Source: Candidatus Zixiibacteriota bacterium (GTDB lineage: Bacteria > Zixibacteria > MSB-5A5 > DSPP01). From it: DNA of 64,000 nt. Location: assembly GCA_022614805.1 (NCBI GenBank), contig JAKEHY010000024.1:1844-65843 (forward strand), in the 5' to 3' direction. Positions 50,758 through 61,200 of this stretch are shown here, piece after piece. How positions within the stretch are numbered: position 1 is the first letter of the stretch; each line of letters opens with the position of its first letter. A model generated the notes under the pieces. That model was given only the letters and a program-made list of their open reading frames with translations. It had not been told where the DNA came from and made no database searches. The position numbers and the translations under genes are program-made.

Positions 50758-52392
50758 TTAGCGAATAATAACCATCTTCTTCACTTGCGCTTCCGTGCCA
50801 ACACTAAGTTTATATAGATAAATTCCCGATGGCACCAATTTGCCATTTCCATCCTTTCCATCCCACACCGCCTTGCGTTCTCCTCCTTTGGCTCTTTCTT
50901 CAACGAGTGTCCTGATTTTCTGACCCAATAAATTGTAGATTTCTAAACGCAAACTTTCCGTTCTTGCCGCTGATTTAAGCTTAAAACCAATTGCAGTGGA
51001 CGAGGAAAAAGGATTGGGACTGTTTTGAAAGAGTTCGAAGGTACGCGGAATTGGAGAGCCGCCTCCGTCTTCAACGCCGGTCTGGACGGCCGTGTTACCG
51101 GCAAACATAAAAACCTCGTGGAAGTTACCCGGTATCCGGTCGGCCAAGAACATAAACTCCTCGGCTCCGTCACCGTTTATGTCTCCTATGAAACCGACGG
51201 CGCTGCCGATGTTTTCTAATGCGTGTGGAGGGAGGTCCTGGTCGGTTATGACTGCATCGGCCACGGTGTCAAAACGCGGCCCCCCCAAATAAAACAGCAC
51301 ACCTCCAAAGCCGAGGGGGGGCGGATAGGTCGTAAAACCATTCATTAAGTCCAGAAAGCCGTCACCATTTACATCGCCAACGTCTATTCCACCTCCCGTT
51401 ATTTGATATCTGGGCTGCCAATTTATACTTGGAGGGCCCGAATATATGTTTGAAGGCCCGCTAACAGCGAGCTCGGGCCAAAAGTCGCCGTTTAAATCGC
51501 CTAAGAATTTTACCGTAATTCCGAAATATATAGAATCGAGACGGGAAGTATTGAGAGTTGGGGGATTTATCACAAAATCTGGAATGGTATCAAGGGTAAA
51601 ATTTGGCCCCCCCAGATATATTTGTACCAAGCCAAATATTGAATCTTGGAATTCAAAAGCCGCCCGCTTGCCAACAAAAATATCAGCATAACCGTCATTA
51701 TTCAAATCGCCAGCGTCCATGCCTGTCAACTCCCTCAGGGCTGAAGGAGAAAGCGGCGGAGTCGATACTTTCCAACTTGGCAGACTGTCAACGCCGCCTG
51801 ATTTTCCGTTGAACAGGTACACGGCATTACCGGAATCTCGGTGGAGATATAACAGCAGGACATCTTTAAAACTATCACCGTTTACGTCCACGTTCGAAAC
51901 AATCTCCGCACGGTCACTACCACTTGGACTTGACGGAATCGGAAAAGGCAATAAGCGATTGGGAATTGTATCAATCCCGGTTGAGGTCCCCCAGTAAACG
52001 GTTACTTGGTTGGGTAAATAGGGGCAGGGGGAGGGCGAAGGTGTAGAAAGAAAATCGGTGTAACCATCTCCATTCAAATCCCCTGCCTGTACAAAACTGG
52101 TGAAATCACCCCCGGGGGTAAGCTCATAAATCGGAATCGTATCTAAAACACTACCTCCTCTGAAAACTTGCTGCTTCCCGCAGAGAGAGGATTGGCTTAC
52201 CAAACGGTATGTATAATCCCCAAAACTATCCCCGTTTATTTTTCCTATGGATTTGAAATCGAAAGCAATAAAGTCGCTGTCCGGCACAAATATGCGCAGG
52301 GGCGAAAAGGGGTTGTTTTGGGCGAAAACGACCCTGGAAAGAAGCAACACCACCCCTGTGGTAAGAAACGACCGGAGTTTCCCGACCTTCAT
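50758..52392 (-). CDS. FG-GAP repeat protein with FlgD/T9SS-like C-terminal domain
   Basis: repeated GDxNGDGyxD motifs; LFQNSPNPF..IYNLLGQ..SGIYLYKL. Confidence 0.88.
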   Translation of the reverse strand: MKVGKLRSFLTTGVVLLLSRVVFAQNNPFSPLRIFVPDSDFIAFDFKSIGKINGDSFGDYTYRLVSQSSLCGKQQVFRGGSVLDTIPIYELTPGGDFTSFVQAGDLNGDGYTDFLSTPSPSPCPYLPNQVTVYWGTSTGIDTIPNRLLPFPIPSSPSGSDRAEIVSNVDVNGDSFKDVLLLYLHRDSGNAVYLFNGKSGGVDSLPSWKVSTPPLSPSALRELTGMDAGDLNNDGYADIFVGKRAAFEFQDSIFGLVQIYLGGPNFTLDTIPDFVINPPTLNTSRLDSIYFGITVKFLGDLNGDFWPELAVSGPSNIYSGPPSINWQPRYQITGGGIDVGDVNGDGFLDLMNGFTTYPPPLGFGGVLFYLGGPRFDTVADAVITDQDLPPHALENIGSAVGFIGDINGDGAEEFMFLADRIPGNFHEVFMFAGNTAVQTGVEDGGGSPIPRTFELFQNSPNPFSSSTAIGFKLKSAARTESLRLEIYNLLGQKIRTLVEERAKGGERKAVWDGKDGNGKLVPSGIYLYKLSVGTEAQVKKMVIIR

Positions 52393-52507
52393 AATTGAAC
52401 CTCTACCGGAAAGATGGGGTGTAAAGAAGGGTTGTCAAGGCGAAATCCTAACCGAAAGCAAAAAAGCCCCATAAAGTTCACAAGGGCTTCGTTCAAAAAG
52501 TCCGACT

Positions 52508-52954
52508 TTACTTCTTCTTCGGTTTTTCGACTAATTCTTCGGCCAGCGAAAGCGCCACGCCGGAAAGCATAACCTCCACCCCCAACTTGGTAAAATCGCC
52601 GGAGATGACTTCCCGGTTGACGTTGGCGTAAAGCGAGCAGGCGGCCACCCGCTCGACGACGAGGCCGGAAAGCCGCCCGCCGGCTTCGCCGACGAAGGTC
52701 ACTTCCCCCAATTCCTCGCTGGTGACGAATCCGGAAACGTGGTGCAGCTGCAGGTGGGCCGTCGGCGTATAGACCACCACCATCGCTCCCTTATCACCTC
52801 CCAGAGTTGTGTCGGGATAAATTTCCAAAGAAAGGGAGCGGCGGGAGGCGGCATCGGCGACTTTTAAATAATACTTGTCGGCCTGCTTTTCCACCTCGGC
52901 CGCTTTCAACACCCGGCCGATTTCGTGGATTTTATCCGCCGAAAAAACCGCCAT
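52508..52954 (-). CDS. hypothetical protein
   Basis: TGATG coupling to tatA; host-like codon usage. Confidence 0.75.
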   Translation of the reverse strand: MAVFSADKIHEIGRVLKAAEVEKQADKYYLKVADAASRRSLSLEIYPDTTLGGDKGAMVVVYTPTAHLQLHHVSGFVTSEELGEVTFVGEAGGRLSGLVVERVAACSLYANVNREVISGDFTKLGVEVMLSGVALSLAEELVEKPKKK

Positions 52955-53145
52955 CAGCCGCCGGGGTTTATTTTTTTGGACTCATCCGGATTCAACGCTT
53001 CCTCCCCTTCCCGCACGGCCCGTTTGAACTCGTGGATGCCGCGTCCCAGCCCGCGCGCCAGCTCCGGAATCTTTTTGGCGCCGAAGAGCAAAAGAAGCAC
53101 CAACAGTATTAGAATTATCTCTTGGGCGCCGAAATTTCCAAACAT
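52954..53145 (-). CDS. tatA: twin-arginine translocase TatA
   Basis: LLLFGAKKIPELARGLGRGIHEFK; RBS AAGGAGG. Confidence 0.95.
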   Translation of the reverse strand: MFGNFGAQEIILILLVLLLLFGAKKIPELARGLGRGIHEFKRAVREGEEALNPDESKKINPGG

Positions 53146-53203
53146 ACGTCCTCCTTACTGCCTCAGTTCAATAAAAACTATCGAACTCTTTCCGTCAAGC
53201 CGC

Positions 53204-53470
53204 CTACAGGTACCACCAGCGGAAATAGACGAACACCAGCACCACCATTAAAAGCGATACAAAATTCAAGGTTACCAAAAGCCCGATGGTGAAAGTGAAA
53301 GTGTAGAGGTGCAAAGTCGTCGGTTCAAAGCCGATTTCCACCGAGCGGGAAAAAAGGGTTTTGGCGGCCCCGTCCGGCAGAAAGGAGCCGATGATTTCCC
53401 CCAAAAGACCGCCCAAAATCGCCCCCAAAAGCAAAGCCACCGTCAAAAGCCAGGCCTGCGGTTTTCTCAT
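53204..53470 (-). CDS. small membrane protein (DUF4321-like)
   Basis: LLGAILGGLLGEI..FTIGL..LN; RBS GGGAGG. Confidence 0.75.
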   Translation of the reverse strand: MRKPQAWLLTVALLLGAILGGLLGEIIGSFLPDGAAKTLFSRSVEIGFEPTTLHLYTFTFTIGLLVTLNFVSLLMVVLVFVYFRWWYL

Positions 53471-53506
53471 CTGCCTCCCGTCTTGAACTCAATCATTATC
53501 GAAAAT

Positions 53507-54211
53507 TTACGCCACCACAAGCCCGGCAAAGCGGGCCACCATCGAAAAGAAAATACCGGCCCCGTCGGCGCTCCCCAAAATCGCCTCCGCCGCCCGGTCG
53601 GGATGGGGCATCAACCCCATCACGTTGCCGGAGGAGTTGACGATGCCGGCGATGTTGTTCAAAGAGCCGTTCGGGTTGGCGGCTTCGGTGACGTTTCCCT
53701 CCCGGTCGCAATAGCGGAACAGAACCTGCCCGCCCGCTTCGAGCTTTTTGATTTCTTCCGGGGTGTTGTAGTAGCAGCCGTCGCCGTGGGCCGCCAGCAT
53801 TTTCAAAACCTGGTCTTTCCGGTAGGCGTTGGTGAAGGGGGTATCGTTTTTCTCCACGCGGAGATAAACCGGGCGGTGGAGGAAGCGCAAAGACCGGTTG
53901 CGCAAAAGCGCTCCCGGCAAAAGCCCCGCTTCGCACAGAATCTGGAAGCCGTTGCAGATGCCGATAACGAGGCCCCCCCGCATCGCAAAATCCACGACCT
54001 CCCGCATAATCGGGGAAAAGCGGGCGATGGCGCCGGTGCGTAAATAGTCGCCGTGGGCGAACCCGCCGGGGAGGATGATGACATCGCAGTTGTCGAAATG
54101 ATGTTCCTTGTGCCACAAATAGACCGCCGGCTGCCGGACCACATCTTGTACGACGTGGTAGCAGTCGTAGTCGCAGTTGGAGCCGGGAAATGTGACCACG
54201 CCGAACTTCAA
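53507..54211 (-). CDS. purQ: phosphoribosylformylglycinamidine synthase subunit PurQ
   Basis: FPGSNCD, PGGF..GDYLR, GICNGFQ, NPNGS, MPHP. Confidence 0.97.
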   Translation of the reverse strand: MKFGVVTFPGSNCDYDCYHVVQDVVRQPAVYLWHKEHHFDNCDVIILPGGFAHGDYLRTGAIARFSPIMREVVDFAMRGGLVIGICNGFQILCEAGLLPGALLRNRSLRFLHRPVYLRVEKNDTPFTNAYRKDQVLKMLAAHGDGCYYNTPEEIKKLEAGGQVLFRYCDREGNVTEAANPNGSLNNIAGIVNSSGNVMGLMPHPDRAAEAILGSADGAGIFFSMVARFAGLVVA

Positions 54212-54462
54212 TTCTTAACCCCGTCTTCAAGTTCAACCCGGAATTCTTCGATGACCGGGTTGGCCAAGAGCCGGCGGGCCATTTCCCGCAGTTTTTCCTC
54301 CGCTTCCTTTGGATTTTCCGTTTCCAGTTCGAGTTCAAACACCCGTCCGGAGCGGACGGCGCCGACCTCCCTGTACCCCAGGTTCAAAAGCGCTTTTTGG
54401 ATGGTGGCCCCCTCCGGGTCCAAAACCCCCGCTTTCTTTTTGACAAAAACCTTCCCTTTCAC
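54208..54462 (-). CDS. purS: phosphoribosylformylglycinamidine synthase subunit PurS
   Basis: [15 protein letters not shown]; GTG start at 54462. Confidence 0.93.
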   Translation of the reverse strand: MKGKVFVKKKAGVLDPEGATIQKALLNLGYREVGAVRSGRVFELELETENPKEAEEKLREMARRLLANPVIEEFRVELEDGVKN

Positions 54463-54468
54463 ACGCTC

Positions 54469-54497
54469 ATAATAAGAAAACCGCGCCTCTTTGCCAA
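54469..54497 (-). promoter_or_regulatory. sigma70 promoter, likely leaderless purS
   Basis: TTGGCA-N17-TATTAT-6 nt-GTG. Confidence 0.6.
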
Positions 54498-54662
54498 CCC
54501 TAAAAATTTTCCCCAAACGCCAACAATTTTCGACTTCTTCCGTAAGATTAGGTAGTTGACATAAATTGGCCGCCCCGTCCCCACCGGGAGGCCGAATGGC
54601 GGGTAACCCCGAGTATCCGGGTTTTTTGGTGTTTTGAACCTGAAACAAGGGAGGGTTTGCGT

Positions 54663-55097
54663 ATGAGTTGGGCGAAAGCCGTTTTGACGACAGTCGGATT
54701 GTTGTTGTTCACCTCCACGGCCCGGGGGGACACCGATACGGTCTTGGTGCGAGATTTCAATTTCTTTCCGGCCTCTTTGACCATCAGGCCCGGCGACAAG
54801 GTGGTGTGGAAATTCATCCAGGCGTGCTGCATTGACCACACCGTCACCCGCACCGCTTCCCCGATGAGCTGGAATTCCGGCTCGCTGGCCGTCGGTGAAA
54901 CGTTTGAGCTGGTGTTCCCAACGGCGGGGACTTTCGCCTATCACTGTATCCCCCATCAGGCGATAGGGATGACCGGTTCCATTACAGTCGAACCGATTCG
55001 GGCTTCCACCCTCGGCTGGCTGGGGCTTTTTTTGCTGGCGGCCTCTTTAACCGCGGCCGGCATCTATGTTTTGGGGTACAAACGCCAGAGCGCCTGA
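54663..55097 (+). CDS. plastocyanin/azurin-like cupredoxin with C-terminal membrane anchor
   Basis: signal peptide; HTVT and YHCIPH..GM type-1 copper ligands; TM helix plus basic tail (IPTL-CTERM-like). Confidence 0.88.
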   Translation: MSWAKAVLTTVGLLLFTSTARGDTDTVLVRDFNFFPASLTIRPGDKVVWKFIQACCIDHTVTRTASPMSWNSGSLAVGETFELVFPTAGTFAYHCIPHQAIGMTGSITVEPIRASTLGWLGLFLLAASLTAAGIYVLGYKRQSA

Positions 55098-55112
55098 TTT
55101 GTTCAAGGCACC

Positions 55113-55148
55113 AACAAAAAAGCCCCGCCAAAGCGGGGCTTTTTTGTT
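55113..55148. terminator. bidirectional terminator
   Basis: AACAAAAAAGCCCCGC-caaa-GCGGGGCTTTTTTGTT. Confidence 0.9.
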
Positions 55149-55170
55149 TTAAAAGGGCAAGTTTTTTAGT

Positions 55171-56466
55171 CTAATACCTCACATCCACATACGTTTTTTT
55201 CTTCAGCTCCGCCACCCAGTCGGCCACCAACCGTTCGGTTTTTTTGCGGCGGGCCATCTCCTTGATGGTGTCCCAGTCTTCCTCGAGGCTCAAGGTGTGG
55301 GGGGCCTTCTGGTCGGCCAAATGGAGGATGTAATACCCTCCCGGAGCGGCCAGCGGGCCGCGGTACTCCCCCACTTTCATACTATCCACGGACGGCTGTA
55401 AGAGCGGATTGATACCACCCATTTCAAACCAGCCCAAATCCCCGCCCGATTTTTTCGATTCCTCGTCGGCGGAATAGGCTTTCGCCAGCTCCGCAAACGA
55501 GGCTCCGGATTTGAGGCGGGCAACGAGCGAATCGGCCAATCGGGCCACCCGCTGGCTGTCCGTTTTGGAGGGATGCAGACCGAAGAGAACGTGCTGGGTA
55601 TGCACCTTGCGCCCGTCGTTGGCCAAAACCTTAATCAAGTGAAAGCCGAAAACCGTTTTTACCGGGCCGACCAGCTCCCCCGTTTTGGCGCCAAAGGCGG
55701 CCCGCTCAAATTCCGGCACCAGTTCCCCCCGCCCATAGCTGCCGATGTCCCCCCCCCGCTCGGCGGAAGGGTCTTCCGAATAGCGTCGGGCCGCTTCGCC
55801 GAAGTCCAGGCCGGTCTTTATCTCTGCCAAAACGGCATCGGCTTTGGCCTGCAAGGAATCGAGCGTGGCCGGTGCCGGTTCCACCGGCAAAAGAATCTGG
55901 AAAAGCCGCACCTGTTTGGGGGATTCCGGCAAGGAGTCTTTATAGTCCGAATAAAATTTTCGCACTTCGAAATCGGCCACGGTGACTTTGGCCAACCGGG
56001 AGGCAATCAGCCGCTGCTTTAGCAGTTCCCCCCGCACCGTTTCCCGATAACGCTTCAAAAGCTCCCGTTCCGTCAGTCCCTCGCGAGCCAGCTGGGCGGC
56101 AAAGGCAGCCGGGGAGGCGAACTGGCTTTTCACCCGCGCCAGCTGCTCTTCCGCCGCCGCGCTCACTTCCGCCGGGGTCACCTTCAAGTTGCTGTCCTGC
56201 GCCGCTTGCTGCAAAAGCAACTGGTCGGTCACCATTTGGTCCAAAAGTTTTTTCTGCAGAGCCGCCACCCCGGCCGAATCGGAAGGGGGGGTACCACTCT
56301 GGGCCAGATACATCTGGGTCTGCAAGTTCAGTTCGGAAAAGGTGATGACCTCCTTCCCCACGACCGCCGCCACTTTGTCCACCAAGAGGGTGTCTTGGGC
56401 CAAAAGTAAGGGGGCTGTCCAAAAAAGGAACGCCCAAACAAACCGGATGGCTCGTCGGAAAAGCAT
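55171..56466 (-). CDS. SurA-like chaperone / parvulin PPIase
   Basis: VDKVAAVVG..I..SEL N-domain; two parvulin domains (YSED..GGDIG, YSAD..GGDLGW). Confidence 0.9.
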   Translation of the reverse strand: MLFRRAIRFVWAFLFWTAPLLLAQDTLLVDKVAAVVGKEVITFSELNLQTQMYLAQSGTPPSDSAGVAALQKKLLDQMVTDQLLLQQAAQDSNLKVTPAEVSAAAEEQLARVKSQFASPAAFAAQLAREGLTERELLKRYRETVRGELLKQRLIASRLAKVTVADFEVRKFYSDYKDSLPESPKQVRLFQILLPVEPAPATLDSLQAKADAVLAEIKTGLDFGEAARRYSEDPSAERGGDIGSYGRGELVPEFERAAFGAKTGELVGPVKTVFGFHLIKVLANDGRKVHTQHVLFGLHPSKTDSQRVARLADSLVARLKSGASFAELAKAYSADEESKKSGGDLGWFEMGGINPLLQPSVDSMKVGEYRGPLAAPGGYYILHLADQKAPHTLSLEEDWDTIKEMARRKKTERLVADWVAELKKKTYVDVRY

Positions 56467-56467
56467 T

Positions 56468-58231
56468 TTAGCTGGTCCCCTCCTTCGCTTGCTCCCGCCA
56501 TTCTTTCAGCTTGGCGTAGTAGACCGGGTCCACCGTTTTTTGCAAAACTTCCGGATAAACCGCCACCGGGGTTTTTTTCTTCTGCCCGGCCGTCCAGACG
56601 GCGAAGGCGGAATCGGCCGCCCTCATCCAGAGCCTTTGCCAAAGCCCCTCTTTGACCTCGCCAAAACTCTGCTTGCGGGCGGGCCGTTTGGCCTCGAGGT
56701 AAATAAGGGAAAAACTTCCATCCGCCAACTCAATCGGCCCGGCGATTTGGCCTTTCTTCATTTTGGCGGCGGCGGCAAAAAGCTCCGGGAACTGGTGCTG
56801 TTCCACCCACCCCAACTCACCGTTCAGGGGGCGGAGGTGGGTCCGGGCCGTGAATCTGGAAGCGGCCGCCAAGAGTTGACCCTTGTCCCGAACCCCTTTT
56901 TTAAGGGAGTCGATTTCCTCCCGGCTGGGGCGGTTGATTTCGAAAAGATGGAGGGCCGCGGGCACAAGAAATTCTTCCGAGTGGGTGCCGAAGTAGGACC
57001 GAACCGCGGGGGAATCGATCCGAACCGAGGACAGAAGCCGGGCTTTTAAGAGCAGGGCCATTCGCCCTTCCACCGCCCCTTTGAATAGCTTCAAAAACTC
57101 GGGGTCTTTGTCCAGCCCTTTGGAGAGGGCCGCATTCACCATCGCTTCCTGGAAGACCAGTTGAAACAAACGGGCTTTGGTTTCCTCGGTGGTGTCCAAG
57201 ACCAGGCGGTCCATCGGCCGGCTTCCCTGAAGGGTTTGCAGGTACTGCCCGGCGGTGACGGCCCCTCCCTTGAAAGTAAGCAACGGCATATCCCGCTGGG
57301 CCGATGAGAGCATGTCGGTCTGAAGATAGATGGAATAACGTTCCGGCCGACCGGGTTCGACAACTTTTGAAAGCTCTTTTTGCATGAGGTTGACGAAGCG
57401 GGCCGTGGAATCGACGATGCGGAAGTTCAGGTTTTTTCGGATTTCCACCACCAAATTGGCGGCCCGGTCCGCCTCCCGGGAGGGCTCTAACAGTTTGCGC
57501 AATTCCGGCTCGAACAGCCGGAGGTCCGGCAGCTGGGCCGGCCGCTGTTCGTAGCATTGTAAAAGGAGCCAGCCTTCCGGCATCCGGAAAGGTCCGGCCA
57601 AATCCCCCGGCTTCATCTCCACCCCCCTCGCAAACAAGGGTTCGGGCAGCTTGCGGCTCCATCCGTACCAGCCGATGTCACCCCCTTTGGGAGCGGAAAG
57701 CGGGTCTTTCGAATGGAGCAGGGCCAAGCTGTCAAAGCGGGCCCCCCTGCGCAAGAAGGACAAGAGGCTGTCGGCCAACTTCCCGTCGAAGGTCAGAATT
57801 TGCTTGAAGCACCGGTCGGTTCGAAAGGCGCGGTAGTAGCGCAAAACCTCGGCATTGGTCAGCCGGACCTTGTCCCGTGCCTCGCGAAAGTAGAGGACGT
57901 CCAGCAAAAAAAGGGGGCGTTCCGACTCCGCAAAGGCCCGAATTAAACTGTCCTGATCCAGCTTCTGACGGTAGGCCTCCTGGACCAGAAGCCGGGTTTC
58001 CACGAGGCTATCCAAAAGCCGCATCTTTTCTGCCAGTTCCTCTTCGGCCGAGGGAAAAAGAAGCCTTTGCCGCTCCAATATTTCGGTTATTTCCCCCGCC
58101 AAAATCTTTTCTTCCCCCACCGCGGCCACCGGCGGCGATTCACTCGCTTTTTTTGAACAACCAAAACCCCACACGGCCGCTGAAAGCAGTGCCAGACCGG
58201 TTAAAAAGGGGCGGCCCCGGCGTTTTCTCAT
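56468..58231 (-). CDS. parvulin-type PPIase lipoprotein (PrsA/PpiD-like)
   Basis: lipobox-like GFGC; SKD..GGDIGW and NGELGW; start uncertain (58231 or 58237). Confidence 0.8.
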   Translation of the reverse strand: MRKRRGRPFLTGLALLSAAVWGFGCSKKASESPPVAAVGEEKILAGEITEILERQRLLFPSAEEELAEKMRLLDSLVETRLLVQEAYRQKLDQDSLIRAFAESERPLFLLDVLYFREARDKVRLTNAEVLRYYRAFRTDRCFKQILTFDGKLADSLLSFLRRGARFDSLALLHSKDPLSAPKGGDIGWYGWSRKLPEPLFARGVEMKPGDLAGPFRMPEGWLLLQCYEQRPAQLPDLRLFEPELRKLLEPSREADRAANLVVEIRKNLNFRIVDSTARFVNLMQKELSKVVEPGRPERYSIYLQTDMLSSAQRDMPLLTFKGGAVTAGQYLQTLQGSRPMDRLVLDTTEETKARLFQLVFQEAMVNAALSKGLDKDPEFLKLFKGAVEGRMALLLKARLLSSVRIDSPAVRSYFGTHSEEFLVPAALHLFEINRPSREEIDSLKKGVRDKGQLLAAASRFTARTHLRPLNGELGWVEQHQFPELFAAAAKMKKGQIAGPIELADGSFSLIYLEAKRPARKQSFGEVKEGLWQRLWMRAADSAFAVWTAGQKKKTPVAVYPEVLQKTVDPVYYAKLKEWREQAKEGTS

Positions 58232-58245
58232 CTCCATCCTTTCGA

Positions 58246-61200
58246 TTATATGCTTGAAAGCAGTTTTCGGGCTTCCTCCAAAAGCTCGCCCCCCGTACAG
58301 GCGGAACACCCCACCCGCAGGGCCAATCCCGGCGCAAAGGCGAACTCGATGGCGTCCGGCAGCCGCATCCGCAGCTCCTCGATGCTTTTGCGGGTGGCCG
58401 GAAATTCGGATGTAAAGACCGCCTCCAGCCGCCCGCCGGAGGCTTTCAACTCCCCGATTTTCTTCTCTTCGGCCAGGAGTTTCAGTTCCACCATTTTTAG
58501 AAGCTCCTCCCCCTTCGGCGGCGGCGGCCCGAAGCGGTCCTCCAGTTCCAAGCGAAAATCCTCCAGCCCGGCTCTGTTTTTCAATTCCGAAAGCCGCTTG
58601 TACACCTCAATCCGGTCGGCCGGGGAGGCAACATAATCTTCCGGCAGGCCGGGGACAATCGGAAACGACAGTTTGACCTCCGGCCGGATGGCGTGCGCCT
58701 CTCCTTTAAGCCGGGCGACCGCCTCCTCCAAAAGCTCGCAATATAAATCAAAACCGACCTCTTCGATAAAGCCGTGCTGCTGGGCCCCCAACAGATTGCC
58801 GGCCCCCCGGATTTCCAAATCCCGCATCGCCAGGTAAAACCCGGAGCCGAGCTCGGTGAACTCGGCAATAGCCTTGAGCCTTTTTTTGGCCGTGTCCGTG
58901 AGGGAACTCCAGGGAGGAGTGAAAAAATAGGCGAACGCCTTTTCGGAACTGCGGCCGACCCGGCCCCGCAGCTGGTAAAGCTGGGCCAGGCCGAAACGGT
59001 CTGCCCGGTTGACGATTAAGGTGTTAACCGAGGGGATGTCTAGGCCGGACTCGATGATGGAGGTGGACAAAAGCAAATCGAACTTGCGCACCAGAAAATC
59101 GACCATCACCCGCTCCAAGGTCTCTTCCGAAAGCTGCCCGTGAGCCACCCCCAGTTTCAGCCCCGGAATCAGATCCAGCAAGTAATTTTTCATCCCCTCG
59201 ATGGTCTCCACCCGGTTGTGGACGAAGAACACTTGCCCCCCCCGCTCCAGCTCGAACAAAACCGCGTCCCGGACGGCCTCATCGGAGAAGGGAAGAATCT
59301 CGGTCTGAATCGGAAGCCGCCCGCGCGGCGGTGTGGAGATGACCGAAAGGTCGCGCGCCCCGGAGAGCGAAAGCTGCAGGGTGCGGGGAATCGGTGTGGC
59401 GGAAAGGGTCAAAACATCCACCGTTTCCTTCATTTTTTTCAGCTTCTCTTTTTGAACAACTCCAAAACGGTGCTCCTCGTCGATGACCAAAAGCCCCGGG
59501 TCTTTGAAAGCGACGTCCTTGGCCAAAAGCCGGTGGGTGCCGATGACGATGTCCACCGTTCCTTTTTTCAACTCCGCCACCACTTTTTTCTGTTCTTTGG
59601 CCGGGCGGAAACGGGAAAGCAGCTCAATCCGCACCGGGAAAGGCAAAAGCCGCTCGCCGAAGGTCAAATAATGCTGCAGCGCGAGAATGGTGGTGGGGAC
59701 CAGAACCGCCGCCTGCTTGCCGTCCGCCACCGCTTTGAGCGAAGCCCGCACCGCCACTTCGGTTTTGCCAAATCCGACGTCTCCCAAAACCAGCCGGTCC
59801 ATCGGAGCGGCAAACTCCATATCCCGACGAACTGCCTCGATGGCTTCATTCTGGTCGGGCGTTTCGTCGTAGGGGAAACTGGTCTCCAATTCCCGCATCC
59901 AGGAGGAATCGACTGAAAAGGGGTGCCCCGGCCGGGATTTGCGGGCGGCGTAGAGCGCCACCAGCTCGCCGGCCATCTCCGCCAGCGCCTTTTGAACCTT
60001 CTCCTTGGCCCGTTCCCAGCTTTTGGTTCCCAGCCGGGTTAAAGCCGGCTCCCCCTCCTTGCCGGCGTACTTTTGCACCCGTCGGAACTGCTCAATGGGA
60101 ACGTAGAGCTTGTCCCCTCCGGCGTAGGCCAAATGCAGGCAGTCGGTTTTCTCTCCCTCGACGGTAACGCTCGCAAGCCCCGCGAAACGCCCCACTCCGT
60201 AATCGACGTGAACGACAAAATCCCCCGGGGTCAGTGAGGTGTAGGAGGCCAAAGCGATTCCTTCGCGGGCTTTCCGCCTCGGGCGGGTCCGCAATTTCCG
60301 GCCGAAAAGCTCGTGCCCGGTAAAAACGGCAAATCCGGCATCCGGATATATGAATCCTTCTGCAAAGCGCCCCACCCCCGTTGCCAGGGGCATTCGCTCC
60401 TCTTCCAAAAGGGAACCGATGCGGTTTTTTTCCTCCTCCGTTTCGCAAAAAAGGAAGGGGCGAATCCCCCGCTCGGAAAGGGTGGAAACTTCCTTGGCCC
60501 AGACGGAGAGGTTGCGCCCCAGCCCAGGCAGGGGGGCACTGGCGAAGATGATGCGGTTCGGTCCGGAAAGACCGACCGATGGGAATATCAGTCCGGACCG
60601 GGAACGCAGGCCATCCCAGGTCTTTTCGGCCCGGGTTAAAATCTCTTTCCCCGAAGCGCCAAAGATTTTCTCCCACTCCGACTGATTGTAGGCTCCCTTT
60701 TCCAGCCATTCCCTCTTGCGGGCTTCCAGTTCCTCGTTTTCCACCCAGGCCACCGCCGAAAGGTCGGGCGAAAGGTACTCTTCCAGACCTCCCATTGATG
60801 TCCCCAGAAACGGAGCCAGATATTCGAGGGCCGGGAAACGGTTGGAAAGCTCCTTCTCCCCGAAAAAGGGGGCCGCAAAATCTTCCGGCAGGGATTTCAA
60901 GGTGCGGGTCACCTGCTCGGTGTCGACTAAGACCTCCTGGTTCGGAAGCAGCGTGAAACTTTCTAATTTCTCCTTGGAGCGCTGGTCCAAAACCGAAAAC
61001 GCCCGCAGCGATTCCACCCGGTCGCCGAAAAACTCGACCCGCACCGGGGCGGAGGCGACCGGCGGGAATAAATCGACGATGCCTCCCCGCACAGAATAAT
61101 CGGCCGGTTCCTGGGTCAAAGGCACGCGATGGTAGCCCAGCTTCTCGAGGGTGGCCATCAATTTTTCCGGCCCCAACTCCTGACCAATTCTGACATCGAA

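Noticed and set aside
54470-54650. ZTP or purine riboswitch upstream of purS, and the 146-aa long PurS ORF
   Set aside because: No riboswitch consensus on the minus strand; a promoter abuts GTG 54462, giving a normal 84-aa PurS.
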